Assembly: GCA_965243545.1 (NCBI GenBank)
Contig: OZ251573.1
Span: 2,246,093-2,310,092 of the forward strand
Length of the DNA stretch: 64,000 nt
Origin: Spirochaetia bacterium
GTDB lineage: Bacteria > Spirochaetota > Spirochaetia > SZUA-6 > Bin103
Direction: 5' to 3'
How positions within the stretch are numbered: position 1 is the first letter of the stretch; every line of letters begins with the position of its first letter. Both the position numbers and the translations under genes were made by a program. Shown here piece after piece: positions 1 to 8,684 of the stretch. Below the pieces are notes generated by a model, which did not search any database, was not told the DNA's origin, and worked only from the letters and a program-made list of their open reading frames with translations.

Positions 1-526
1 GCGCAGCGTCGTTGCCGATCGCGATCAACCGACGCGGCGCCAGCAAGGCGATCAGCCGACCGAGCAACCGTATCCCGGCCTCACGCTCCCGCTTGTTGTG
101 AAATCGATTGCTAAACGGATTACCCGGCTCGTGTGGATGCAGCGGAAATACATTCCACAAGAATACTGTGTGTTCCTGGATTTCAGAAAGGACACGCCAA
201 ACGACAGTCGCCGTCCGTTCCGTATGAACGGCCCCTACCGTAGTTCGTCGAGCCGTAACTCCCCAACGGTTGGCATGGTCTCGAACGCGCACGTCGTCCG
301 TAAACGCAAGTCCCGTACGCCGGCCGCCGCGATAACCCAGATCGCGTCCCAGCCATATTGAATCGACCCCGTCCGCTGCCGCTACTTCCAGAATCCCGAG
401 TAATGTCTCGAACCGCATAATGGCCGCCCGGTCCCGATCGTGCAGTTCGCATTGATCGGAGTACGGATTGAATGAATTTGGAAAACGCAGGCTGCTCAGC
501 TCCTCTACAAACCGAGTGGGTGTCAT
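1..526 (-). CDS. uracil-DNA glycosylase superfamily protein (3' end runs off the window)
   Basis: Absent from the ORF track because the frame is open to position 1. My manual minus-strand translation from ATG (complement of 524-526) reads MTPTRFVEELSSLRFPNSFNPYSDQCELHDRDRAAIMRFETLL...GRDLGYRGGRRTGLAFTDD...FLWNVFPLHPHEPGNPFSNRFHNKRERE...LIAIGNDAA. This resembles the G-x-x-GYRG-x-R-TG-x-FT and WN-FP-HPH...SNR motifs of a bacterial UDG-like family. ATGA start/stop overlap with the upstream gene at 523-526. Confidence 0.5.
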   Translation of the reverse strand, partial: MTPTRFVEELSSLRFPNSFNPYSDQCELHDRDRAAIMRFETLLGILEVAAADGVDSIWLGRDLGYRGGRRTGLAFTDDVRVRDHANRWGVTARRTTVGAVHTERTATVVWRVLSEIQEHTVFLWNVFPLHPHEPGNPFSNRFHNKREREAGIRLLGRLIALLAPRRLIAIGNDAA

Positions 527-1695
527 ACCCATGCTTCCGTCAACGGCCTGAAACATATCGTCCTCCGACTACGGTCACCTACAATGACGCCCCCGTTGTT
601 CGCTCGAACCTTCCTGAAAACTTCATAACCCTGGAGAATAGCCTTCTCCCACAAGAATAGCGGGCATGCTTCGACTTCATATCCTCTCACAAACTGCTGT
701 ACCGTCTTGAGAAGGTCGAACGACAGCGCGTCCCGCGACTCAAAGTAGTCTAACCGTTTGGCGCAAGAGAATATCCAGGCCGTGAGCCCTTCCTCGACCA
801 CAATGGCCCTTCCGCCGTCCTGATCCTCGTCGACTTTGGGGTCGGTCTTGCGTTTACGCTTGATCAACGAGCGAAATGCCGGGGACCAGTGCAGGACCGC
901 TGCGTGCGCCAAATGAAACACGTCATGGAACCGGTAGCCGTCGCTGACCGCAATATTGTCGGTTAGCGGGTCTCCAATGAAGACTCCGTTCCACTGCAGG
1001 TACGTTTGCCCACTCGGTCGTTCGGTAACTTTGATCTCGAAGCGGTCAGGAAAACGCTCGTCCGCAGGGAACCGTTCGTCGAATATCGGCAACTCCGACG
1101 GGGCCGGTTCAAGAAAACGCCCGAAGACCTTGTGAAGGTTCCCGGCCGCAACCGCTCGCAAGTCGAGGTCGGCGGCCCGCAGGGCCACCATGTATCGAAT
1201 CCAGAAACCTCGTAGTAGACCGCCACCATGTGGATCTCGAGCGTCGATTCGGAGTAAGGCCGCGGCCGCTGCTCCCAAGTCCAGAAGCGCCGACGCCAAG
1301 TGCGAATCGCTGATCTCCGGGGCCACAAAAAACCCTTGATCTGAAGTCCGACGAATCGCGGAAATCGTCTGAACGGATTTATGTTCAACGACGGAATCAA
1401 TACAAACGCCCAAACGTCGGCACAAGGTTGTAAAGTACCAGATCACGTCGCCGAATTCTTCCTCAACGGCCTCGTTATACTCCGAACGTGAAGCCTTGTC
1501 ACGAACGCGTTTCTTGAACGCGGCAAGAATGCCTCCCACCTCACCGAACAGCCCCATGAGAACGAGAGTCAGGTCGGCCGGAAGTTGGTCGGTAGGCTCG
1601 ATCTTACGACTGTAGTCCGCGAGAACTGTCGACGGCGCCGTTGCCTCGATCTCGTCCGAATCATTCGCCAGACGAAAACCCGGACGGCGCACCAT
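523..1695 (-). CDS. MazG-like nucleotide pyrophosphohydrolase domain fused to an uncharacterised C-terminal domain
   Basis: ORF track 523..1710. The N-terminal LMGLFGEVGGILAAFKKRVRD...EEEFGDVIWYFTTLCRRLGV looks like the MazG/all-alpha NTP-PPase helix pair. The C-terminal ~230 aa carries the His-rich YRFHDVFHLAHAAVLHW. Preferred start is ATG at 1695 (MVRRPGF), giving a TAATG overlap with the stop of the upstream gene; the track start at 1710 is TTG. Confidence 0.6.
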   Translation of the reverse strand: MVRRPGFRLANDSDEIEATAPSTVLADYSRKIEPTDQLPADLTLVLMGLFGEVGGILAAFKKRVRDKASRSEYNEAVEEEFGDVIWYFTTLCRRLGVCIDSVVEHKSVQTISAIRRTSDQGFFVAPEISDSHLASALLDLGAAAAALLRIDARDPHGGGLLRGFWIRYMVALRAADLDLRAVAAGNLHKVFGRFLEPAPSELPIFDERFPADERFPDRFEIKVTERPSGQTYLQWNGVFIGDPLTDNIAVSDGYRFHDVFHLAHAAVLHWSPAFRSLIKRKRKTDPKVDEDQDGGRAIVVEEGLTAWIFSCAKRLDYFESRDALSFDLLKTVQQFVRGYEVEACPLFLWEKAILQGYEVFRKVRANNGGVIVGDRSRRTICFRPLTEAWV

Positions 1696-2303
1696 TATAG
1701 TTGTCCCCAATCCAATGGCTCACCAAGGAAGCCACGCTCGTCGAGAGACCTGAACCAATCGACGAACGCATCTACCATCGGTTCCGGAAAGAGGCATCTG
1801 TGCCCTGTCCCCGATTTGCAGAGGTCTTTGCCGTCCCAATTTCGGAAACAAGAGGGAATATAAGGACCGGTGCCTCCCCAGTAGGCGAAGGTAAATCCAA
1901 GAAGCACGCTGTCAGCCTTAGTGTCACGTCGTATATTCTGATGGTTTGGCAAACCGTCTTCTAGGCTGTGGTGAGAGTTGCTCTGGCGCCACTGATCATC
2001 CGGGCCGCTATGATAGATGTTGTCGCCGAACCGTTGCTTCATACTGCCACTAAGGTCGGGCTTCTTCAGTTGGAACCGAGAGTCATTCCAGTATTGGTTG
2101 AACGTTATTCTCTCCGCGACGTGCATGACATAGACAAGATTGCTCTGTCTTTTCTTGGTCTTGCTACCGGTACCGACAATCCAGTCTCCGGCTGTGGCTG
2201 ATCTGCGGATTTCGGGCTTGCAGGTTGCCAACGTGCATACCCCGAAAAACGGATTCGGAGCAAATCCGTAATCGCGCGCAACCACATAGGAATACAACCG
2301 CAT
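1695..2303 (-). CDS. Nmad2-like (nucleotide modification associated domain 2) protein
   Basis: The N-terminus MRLYSYVVARDYGFAPNPFFGVCTLATCKPEIRRSATAGDWIVGTGS matches my recollection of the Nmad2 family signature (YSYV..D.GFAPNPF.G.CTLA.CKP.IR...GDWI.G.GS). ATG start with GAGG 5 nt upstream. Confidence 0.5.
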   Translation of the reverse strand: MRLYSYVVARDYGFAPNPFFGVCTLATCKPEIRRSATAGDWIVGTGSKTKKRQSNLVYVMHVAERITFNQYWNDSRFQLKKPDLSGSMKQRFGDNIYHSGPDDQWRQSNSHHSLEDGLPNHQNIRRDTKADSVLLGFTFAYWGGTGPYIPSCFRNWDGKDLCKSGTGHRCLFPEPMVDAFVDWFRSLDERGFLGEPLDWGQL

Positions 2304-2312
2304 GCCTCAGTC

Positions 2313-2789
2313 CTAACGGCAGGTATGTCGGGGGATGGACTGCGACGGACGCGTCGTTCCGTCGTGGTTCTCCCACCCGTTGATCCGACCCTCAATGGCA
2401 TCGATGATACGGTTGCCTCTCCACCCGACCACCGCATCGGCGTACTTCTTCAAGGAATCTGGGATCTCGCCACCTTGTCCGCCGAATTCCCAGACACCAA
2501 CGATCCGTCTATCGTTCTTATGGGCGTATTCGATCTCCCAATCAACCCACTTGCTATCCTTCGTATCGGAGGAAATGTATACTATCAGGGTGCTCGACTG
2601 GCGAATGCGCGGTCCCAGTATCTCGGACTTGATATAGTGTTCGTCATGGGCTTTGTTCGGGTTGTCAGCGGTTATCGAGTAATCCCGCGAGGTCAACCCG
2701 TTGCTCTTGAGCAGGTCCTTGAGCTTCCGGAGCCCCTCGTCGTCTTCGTGAATATGGCTGATGAATACGTTCCTTGTGTTTTTGGCCAT
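2313..2789 (-). CDS. TIR-like domain protein (ThsB/DUF1863-like)
   Basis: NVFISHIHEDDEGLRKLKDLL ... STLIVYISSDTKDSKWVDWEIEYA is the typical bacterial TIR-like pattern (VFIS.h..D at the start, S.WV.WEI with a conserved Glu). Start chosen at ATG 2789 (MAKNTRN), 4 nt after the upstream stop; the track ORF extends to 2831. Confidence 0.7.
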   Translation of the reverse strand: MAKNTRNVFISHIHEDDEGLRKLKDLLKSNGLTSRDYSITADNPNKAHDEHYIKSEILGPRIRQSSTLIVYISSDTKDSKWVDWEIEYAHKNDRRIVGVWEFGGQGGEIPDSLKKYADAVVGWRGNRIIDAIEGRINGWENHDGTTRPSQSIPRHTCR

Positions 2790-2793
2790 CGGA

Positions 2794-3618
2794 TCAGGGG
2801 GCGCCGTCCCGAAGAGTATCCGTGCGACCAAGGCCTCTCAGTATCAGGCCAACAGCTTCGCGAATGTGGGGCGTGTCTGCGAGCTTGCGGTTTTCTTCAT
2901 AGGTGAGCCCATTGTTCAGGCTGTCAGCGCGATAGGTGCAAAACGCCTCGTGCCCATCCCACGCGCCGCGCGGCGTGTCGGAACGAGGCGGGACCACTTC
3001 CAAAATCTCCGCGATGTCGCGAGCGCATCCGCCGAAGCCGCCGACAATGTAGAGCGGCTTGCCGGCATGCAGGGTAAGGAGGGCTTCCTCGGCGATCCCG
3101 GGCATGCTCCCCATGTAGCCTTCTACCCTGCCTCCGAGCACGACCCTGGCCGACGTCTCCCTGAGCATCGTCCGGCGCATCGCGGTTAACGATGTCGCGA
3201 TCTCGTGGTGGTCTTCTACCGGAGTTCCAGGAAACCCGAGGTGCTCCATCTCGATGCCATCTTGCGCAAGACACTTTACTTCCGCCGAGTCTCCCAAGCG
3301 AGCCGAGAGATCGTGATACTCGTCAGGCGTGAGGGCTGCGCAGGCCGGCCAGGGAAGATAGTCGATGACCCCTCGCCGGCCTCGAGACCACGGGGTCCGG
3401 TCGTACCGGCTTACCAGTTCAAAGAGCTGCTCGGCGAATCCACCTCGACGGAGATCACCCCCATAGGCGAGACGGTATCCGAACGCCAAGAGATAGGTCG
3501 CCGTCGTCTCCATCGCCCGAGTCAGGTGGCGATCGGTCATTCCAAGTCGGGACAGATCGCCGCTTTCAGAAATGGAAATCGCTACAGTGGCTAACCACTC
3601 GCTATCTCGGTGCTTCAT
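2794..3618 (-). CDS. SLOG/LOG-like Rossmann-fold domain protein (putative nucleotide-ligand sensor)
   Basis: The Gly-rich pair LGGRVEGYMGSMPGIAEEAL ... GKPLYIVGGFGGCARDIAE resembles the GGxxGxMG and PGGxGTxxE loops of LOG/SLOG domains. ATG 3618 (MKHRDSE) forms a TAATG overlap with the upstream TIR gene stop; the track start at 3639 is GTG. Confidence 0.45.
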   Translation of the reverse strand: MKHRDSEWLATVAISISESGDLSRLGMTDRHLTRAMETTATYLLAFGYRLAYGGDLRRGGFAEQLFELVSRYDRTPWSRGRRGVIDYLPWPACAALTPDEYHDLSARLGDSAEVKCLAQDGIEMEHLGFPGTPVEDHHEIATSLTAMRRTMLRETSARVVLGGRVEGYMGSMPGIAEEALLTLHAGKPLYIVGGFGGCARDIAEILEVVPPRSDTPRGAWDGHEAFCTYRADSLNNGLTYEENRKLADTPHIREAVGLILRGLGRTDTLRDGAP

Positions 3619-4799
3619 TACGCTACCTCCGTCATCCACTGGCTCAGGGTGAGGAATTTGACACCAAGGCTGTCCAGCAACTTGAGTTCGCGTAGACTCA
3701 GCGGCGGGTCAGGATAGACGACCACTGAACCAGCAGGGAAGGACGCCCTGGTATTGACTGCTGTCAGCAACTCCGGCGCGCGCGCTACAAATCTTACGTG
3801 AGGATAAGTTTGGCTCAAGGCAGCAGTGCGGCACCGCCAGAGGAAGTCCTTGAATATCTCGTCAAGAAGGCGGCCAATGACCCGTTCGACGCTGTGGGGC
3901 GGTCGAGGACAGAGCCGGACCACCGGTACGTTGCCGAGGTAGGGAAACGATCGCTCGTCGACGCCTTCGATGCAGTCGGCAACTACTATCGGGCGGTCAC
4001 ACTCCTTCGCAACCAAGACCTCCCGTCCGCACCACTCCCGTGAAGAAAACGAGTCGCTATAAACCACCAGGATTGCGCTTCGCCGGACTTCCTCTTCCAG
4101 AACCCGATCGGGGGGAAACCCTGCGGGTATGGCTGCGACGTCGAGGAAAACAGATAGTTGAACGTCATTGTGTAGCCAATCTCGTATACGCCGTGCTACT
4201 CGTTCGCCGACGCCATCGTGTTTGGAGTGACTCAGAAACACCCGGACCTGCTCAAGCTGATCGGACAACTCGGAGTCTGCCGTCAGCGTCGTTCTCAACA
4301 AACGGCAAGTCGCGTAGGTGACCTCACGGACCAAGCGCTGTGCGCGGTCGTCCCGATCGCCGTCCCATTCGAACCACCGCAGCGCCTGAACGCCGAGCTC
4401 GGTTGCGACGGTGGGTCGTGGTGTCACTGCGACCGGAATCAAGAGTCTATGGAGTTGGTTGGCGGTGCCAGTGCGGCAGCGTTCCGCTTGCTCTCGAACA
4501 TAAGCCGACCACGCAGGGTCGCGCTGAATCTCGTCGCCGATGAGCGCGACGACCACGGCTGGCTCATCCCCGTCCAAAGAAACCGGTACGGGAACCGACG
4601 AGCCCGAAGGTGGGGACGACCACTCGAAGACGCTCACCCCCAACTCTTCGATCGAATAGCGCTCTCTGGTGAAGTGCTCGATGAGATGGCGTGCGGCGAC
4701 CTCCGAATCAGCGCACTGAGGGTGCCAGACTACGTGAAGGGTGACGTAGGGTTCTTCCCAAGACGGCGTATGAGCGGTCGGCGGTTTGGAGGCTGACAC
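3618..4799 (-). CDS. TIR domain protein with an extra N-terminal alpha/beta domain
   Basis: The C-terminal half VRVFLSHSKHDGVGERVARRIRDWL...ILVVYSDSFSSREWCGREVLVAKE is a canonical TIR, with S.WC..E carrying the catalytic-type Glu. The N-terminal ~190 aa (VTLHVVWHPQ...AVVVALIGDE) may be a second degenerate TIR-like fold. GTG start preceded by GAGGAA. Confidence 0.65.
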   Translation of the reverse strand: MSASKPPTAHTPSWEEPYVTLHVVWHPQCADSEVAARHLIEHFTRERYSIEELGVSVFEWSSPPSGSSVPVPVSLDGDEPAVVVALIGDEIQRDPAWSAYVREQAERCRTGTANQLHRLLIPVAVTPRPTVATELGVQALRWFEWDGDRDDRAQRLVREVTYATCRLLRTTLTADSELSDQLEQVRVFLSHSKHDGVGERVARRIRDWLHNDVQLSVFLDVAAIPAGFPPDRVLEEEVRRSAILVVYSDSFSSREWCGREVLVAKECDRPIVVADCIEGVDERSFPYLGNVPVVRLCPRPPHSVERVIGRLLDEIFKDFLWRCRTAALSQTYPHVRFVARAPELLTAVNTRASFPAGSVVVYPDPPLSLRELKLLDSLGVKFLTLSQWMTEVA

Positions 4800-4988
4800 T
4801 GTTCCTCAAACGTGAATGTACGCGCCGGACGCCAATGAATCAAGGGGCGGTCACCGTTCGGTCGTGGCTGCCGTCTCGCCGTCGGCTACGATGATCGCGT
4901 TGGGTCCAACCGTAACGACGGGCACGGCGGCGGTCGACGGTGAACGCCGGCGCCCCGTCGCGCGTGCGTCGACCGCCGCTCGCTACGC

Positions 4989-6092
4989 TCACGCAAAAGC
5001 CGGGCTTGGTGCTCGCAGGCAGACGAGTGGACTACGGGCGGGCGGCAGCGCGGTCTGCCCCGCGGCCTTCATCCGCGAGGCGGTGGTGGTGATGCGTGGC
5101 GCAGACGGAGATTGCCGGGTTCGGCAACGGCGCCCGCTGCCCCGGTCCACGTAGCTGCAGCAGCCCCCATCGCGCTCCCAGACCTGCCGTTTGACTGCGC
5201 CGGGATGGTACGGCCGCGTACCTGCGGCTACGACGGCGCGGCGTGGCGTTGCCAGGCGCATTCCGCCTTCGGCGCCGAAGTGGCGGATCGGGCGGCCGTT
5301 GCGGGCCGCTTCGCTTCCACGGCGCGGGCCGTGCTTGATGTCCGCCTTCACCTTCGCTGGCGAAGTCGTGACCCTTGCCGGCATGACGTCCGTTCGCGCC
5401 GGCGGCGCCGGTTCCTTCGGAGCCGAAGGTTGGTCGCTACGCCGGGCCGCTTCGCTGCCGTTGCGTCACGGTGCTCGGAGTTGCCCGGCGCTTTCGCCGG
5501 CGAAGCCGTGACGCCTGCCGGCACGGGAGGCCGATGCGCCGACTCAGCCGCGTCCGGCCCAGGCGCGTCCTTCGGCACCGAAGTTTCGTTGGCGCCGCGC
5601 GGCGGTCGCGCCGGGTCGTGGCGCTCGACCGCTTCCGTCACCGCGCGCGCCACGATCTGCCCACGTCATGCGCGGATTGACGTGCGACAGCAGCCCCTTG
5701 AGCTGCTCCAACCGAAGCCGGCATTCTTCGGTCGATCACTGCCTTTGAGCTCCCGCCCGCCTCGCGCCCAGTGGCCGTATCCGGTCGACGGGTACCGTCA
5801 GCTCCGGGTCCACGCCGGCCAGCAGGTTCTCTACCTGCCGCGTGCTCTTGCCGGCCGCCTCCCCCACCAGCGCCTGCCGCTCCGCCGCCTGCGCCGGTGA
5901 GCTACCTCGTGTGGCGGCGCGCCGGGGCCGGGCCGATCCGTTGGGCACCGCGGCCGACCGGGCGCCAGCCTGTCCGCCGCGCCCGCCGCCAAGACCATAA
6001 CGGTACCTGCTGATTGAAGACGGCCGAGACCGACCGGCCGGCACCGCAGTGGACGATGTAATGCGACGGTTGTATTCTCGGCGGCATGACAA
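4989..6092 (-). pseudogene. HNH endonuclease gene, decayed copy A (frameshifts plus deletion of the HNH core)
   Basis: Pieces lie in three minus-strand frames: ...AAGKSTRQVENLLAGVDPELTVPVDRIRPL (5736..6092), MARAVTEAVERHDPARPP (5348..5653), AVKRQVWERDGGCCSYVDRGSGRRC (4989..5384). Compared with copy B, about 62 bp encoding ...VVQMDHVLPFALGGS... are missing near 5120. Confidence 0.5.
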
Positions 6093-6757
6093 AGGAAAAG
6101 CATCCGCTTCTACTGGCCGTCGCCGCCGTCTCGCTCGCGGCAGCGCTGGCCGCCTGTGACCAGGCCCCGGCAGCCGGAGCGCCTAGCCCCGTTGCGCCCG
6201 CCGCGCCGGCAGCCGAGGAGCCCGGGCTGCGCACCGAGACGCTGATCGTCGCTATCGTCGCTGAAGATGCGAGTCCGGCCGGGAGTCTGGCCGTCACTCC
6301 AGCCGGCCGCGATGCCGCCACGCAGACCACCGTCACCCCCACCACCACGCTCACCTTCCCGTCCGACTTCGGAACGCCGGTCCGCCACACCGACGAAAGA
6401 GTCCATTTGCACTACGAGTACTCCGCCGCGCTGCCGCACGGCGGCATCACGCGTCGCGTCATCGAGCGTGGCGGCGTCACCCCGTGGACGAGCATCAACG
6501 GCGGCGTCAGCTGGCGCACCGGCGGATTCGAGCTTGGTGGCGGCCTGGCGACGCTCGGCTTCGAGTACCGAGCGGGCGACGCCGAGGATGGGCTCGACGC
6601 CGCCGGCTCGATCACCATTCATCTGTCGGCGTCCGGAGTGGGACCAATCAGTCAGGGCGCAGCACCGGCGCCGAAATACGCCGCCGCCCGAATCCGGGAC
6701 TACCTGCAGAGCAATTCGTTGCTGATTCGCTTCTTCATCGTCACCGACCAGGAGTAG
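6086..6757 (+). CDS. hypothetical lipoprotein
   Basis: MTKEKHPLLLAVAAVSLAAALAAC has a signal peptide plus a lipobox-like LAAC, followed by an Ala/Pro-rich linker. No recognisable catalytic motif. Confidence 0.5.
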   Translation: MTKEKHPLLLAVAAVSLAAALAACDQAPAAGAPSPVAPAAPAAEEPGLRTETLIVAIVAEDASPAGSLAVTPAGRDAATQTTVTPTTTLTFPSDFGTPVRHTDERVHLHYEYSAALPHGGITRRVIERGGVTPWTSINGGVSWRTGGFELGGGLATLGFEYRAGDAEDGLDAAGSITIHLSASGVGPISQGAAPAPKYAAARIRDYLQSNSLLIRFFIVTDQE

Positions 6758-6894
6758 CGGGCGCCGACGGCGGGCTGATGCACCGAGACGATAAAAGTCA
6801 CCGTGCCGCAGTTCACGGCGCGCAGGCCACAGGATCCAGACCAATAGGACGCCGCATTGACACTGCCGGATTTCTTCAATAGGTTTCATTTGAA

Positions 6895-8231
6895 GGCGCT
6901 TCAGGATTTCGTGTGGCCGAGGTAGTCACGGGAGACGCCTGCGGGGTAGAGGTCAAGGCCGCCGAGGTGAAAGTAGATGGCGTTGCGGAACCGTTCCCGA
7001 TTGCGGAATCCACGCGCCATGTACTTCAGCTTCTGCACGCCCCGCGTTGATCGACTCCGCCCGCGCGTTGCTCACCCCTGCACCATCGCCGTCACGATCC
7101 CGTCCAGATGCCGCTTGATCATCCGCGCTACCCGCTTGACCGGCTCCAGCCGACAGCGGATCGCCGACCGATACCACCCCAGCCATTCTTCGCGCGCCAC
7201 TCGCGCGAGCCACCCGTCCACTGCATCATCGCCCATTCCTTGTAGCCCCAGGCGCGGGCGGTCTGTAGCCCGCGGCGGGCGCCCATCGCCTCCAGTCGCT
7301 GCCGGCGCTCGTCATCCAGGTGTTCGGGGTTGGTCAGCCACAGATAGCGGGTGCCCTTCAGCCGATCATCACCGATACGCGATAGCTTGCGGTGCTCGGC
7401 TCGCCGCACCCGGTCAACGGCGTCGCCGAGATGCTTGGCGACGTGGAACTTGTCGAACGCGATCTTGGTGTGCGCGTCCGGCACGTACTCGCCGGTGACC
7501 CGGATGTACGGCTCCCACATGTCCATGGCGACCGTCTCCACATCAGCAAGTCGTTGCCGGTCAAACTGTTGGAAGAACTGCTCCAACGTCTCCTTGCTGC
7601 GCCCATCAGCCACGTGCACCACGTGTCCGTCCAGATCGTTGATCACCGTCACGTACTCATGGCGCTTCTGAAACGACGTCTCGTCCACGCCGATCCACCG
7701 CGGAAGATGCACCTCACGCCGCTGTTTGCCGCGCTGCACCGCGCGCTTCATCACGCCGTCGACCTCGTCCCAACTCAGCCGCATCTGCTGGGCCACCGCC
7801 GCAATCGGGGCGGCCCGCAGCCAGTCGATCACCACCGCCTCGCACAGCGCCGTCAGCCGCGCGCGGTCTTCGGCCCACGGCACCTCGATCTGCAAGACGC
7901 GATGCTGCGGACACCGCACCCGAGGGACCTTGGCGGCCAGAAACGTGCGGTACTGGCAGGTGTCCAGATGCCGCCAGCGGCGCTGCCGGGTGTCGTACTG
8001 GCGAGCGGCGTGCCCGCACTGCGGGCAGCGCACCTCCCCGCCGCCGTGCTCCACGTGCACGACCACCTCGCCCCGTCGAAGGTTCAGATCGACGTCCGCC
8101 ACTCGCCACGGCTCCTTGACGCCCAGAATCCTCGCGTACAGTTCCTTGTCACGCATGGCCCCAGCTTAGCCCTGGCGGGCACGCGCCGTCACCCCTCAGG
8201 TCGCCCGACCCACACGAAACCCGGAAGACCC
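6895..8231 (-). mobile_element. ISL3-family insertion sequence with terminal inverted repeats and 8-bp target site duplication
   Basis: The ends GGCGCTTCAGGATTTCGTGTGG (6895-6916) and the complement of CCACACGAAACCCGGAAGACCC (8210-8231) form an imperfect 22-bp IR. CATTTGAA is present at 6887-6894 and again at 8232-8239. Confidence 0.85.
6901..8156 (-). pseudogene. ISL3 family transposase, frameshifted near the C-terminus
   Basis: The 7128..8156 ORF (MRDKELYARILGVKEPWRV...CPQCGH...RWIGVDETSFQKRHEYVTVINDL...) is ISL3-like. The C-terminus continues in other frames: [12 protein letters not shown] (6953..7213 frame), then [45 protein letters not shown] by my manual translation. One shift lies in a G run near 7005. 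Confidence 0.85.
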
Positions 8232-8234
8232 CAT

Positions 8235-8675
8235 TTGAATAGCGTCAAACTCGGTCCCCGATGGGCATCTCTCGAAGTCTCGTTCGACGAGGCTGACAGG
8301 AATGCTGCTTGGGAGTTGTATATCGAGATGCTGACCCGAATCGTTACGCAACCTCTCTCAACGGAAAGTGGAGACGAAAAGGCAGCACTGGACAGTGTCT
8401 ATTCACTCTTCCCGACGACGCGTGACATTCTGCGCCGATACGGCCGGAAGACTATCCACTTCAGTAAGATAGCCATCCCGATACTGAACCAGGTGGTCCG
8501 ACCGTTTACTGCAAAGTGGCATAGAAGACGCCTGTCAGGATCGTTCAAGAAACCACGCGGCCGCAAGGAGTTCCGTGACGAACTCGCCACTCTGCGCCAG
8601 TCGTTGCGAAACTACAACCGGATGCTGGCGGAGATCGCCGACGTCGAAGACTTGACGGACTTGGAAACCCCGTAG
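8235..8675 (+). CDS. hypothetical helical protein, 5' end or promoter interrupted by the ISL3 insertion
   Basis: This is the in-frame tail of track ORF 7392..8675 (LNSVKLGPRWASLEVSFDEADRNAAWELYIEMLTRIVTQPL...). Removing the IS and one TSD copy joins it in frame to ...DAALTLPDFFNRFH upstream (6848-6894). It ends 9 nt before the TIR gene. Confidence 0.4.
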   Translation: MNSVKLGPRWASLEVSFDEADRNAAWELYIEMLTRIVTQPLSTESGDEKAALDSVYSLFPTTRDILRRYGRKTIHFSKIAIPILNQVVRPFTAKWHRRRLSGSFKKPRGRKEFRDELATLRQSLRNYNRMLAEIADVEDLTDLETP

Positions 8676-8684
8676 GAGGACGCC

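Noticed and set aside
7392-8675. A 427-aa plus-strand ORF spanning the IS and the downstream gene.
   Set aside because: The first ~280 codons are antisense to the ISL3 transposase and cross the IS terminal repeat. Only the part after the TSD (8235 onward) is plausible coding sequence.
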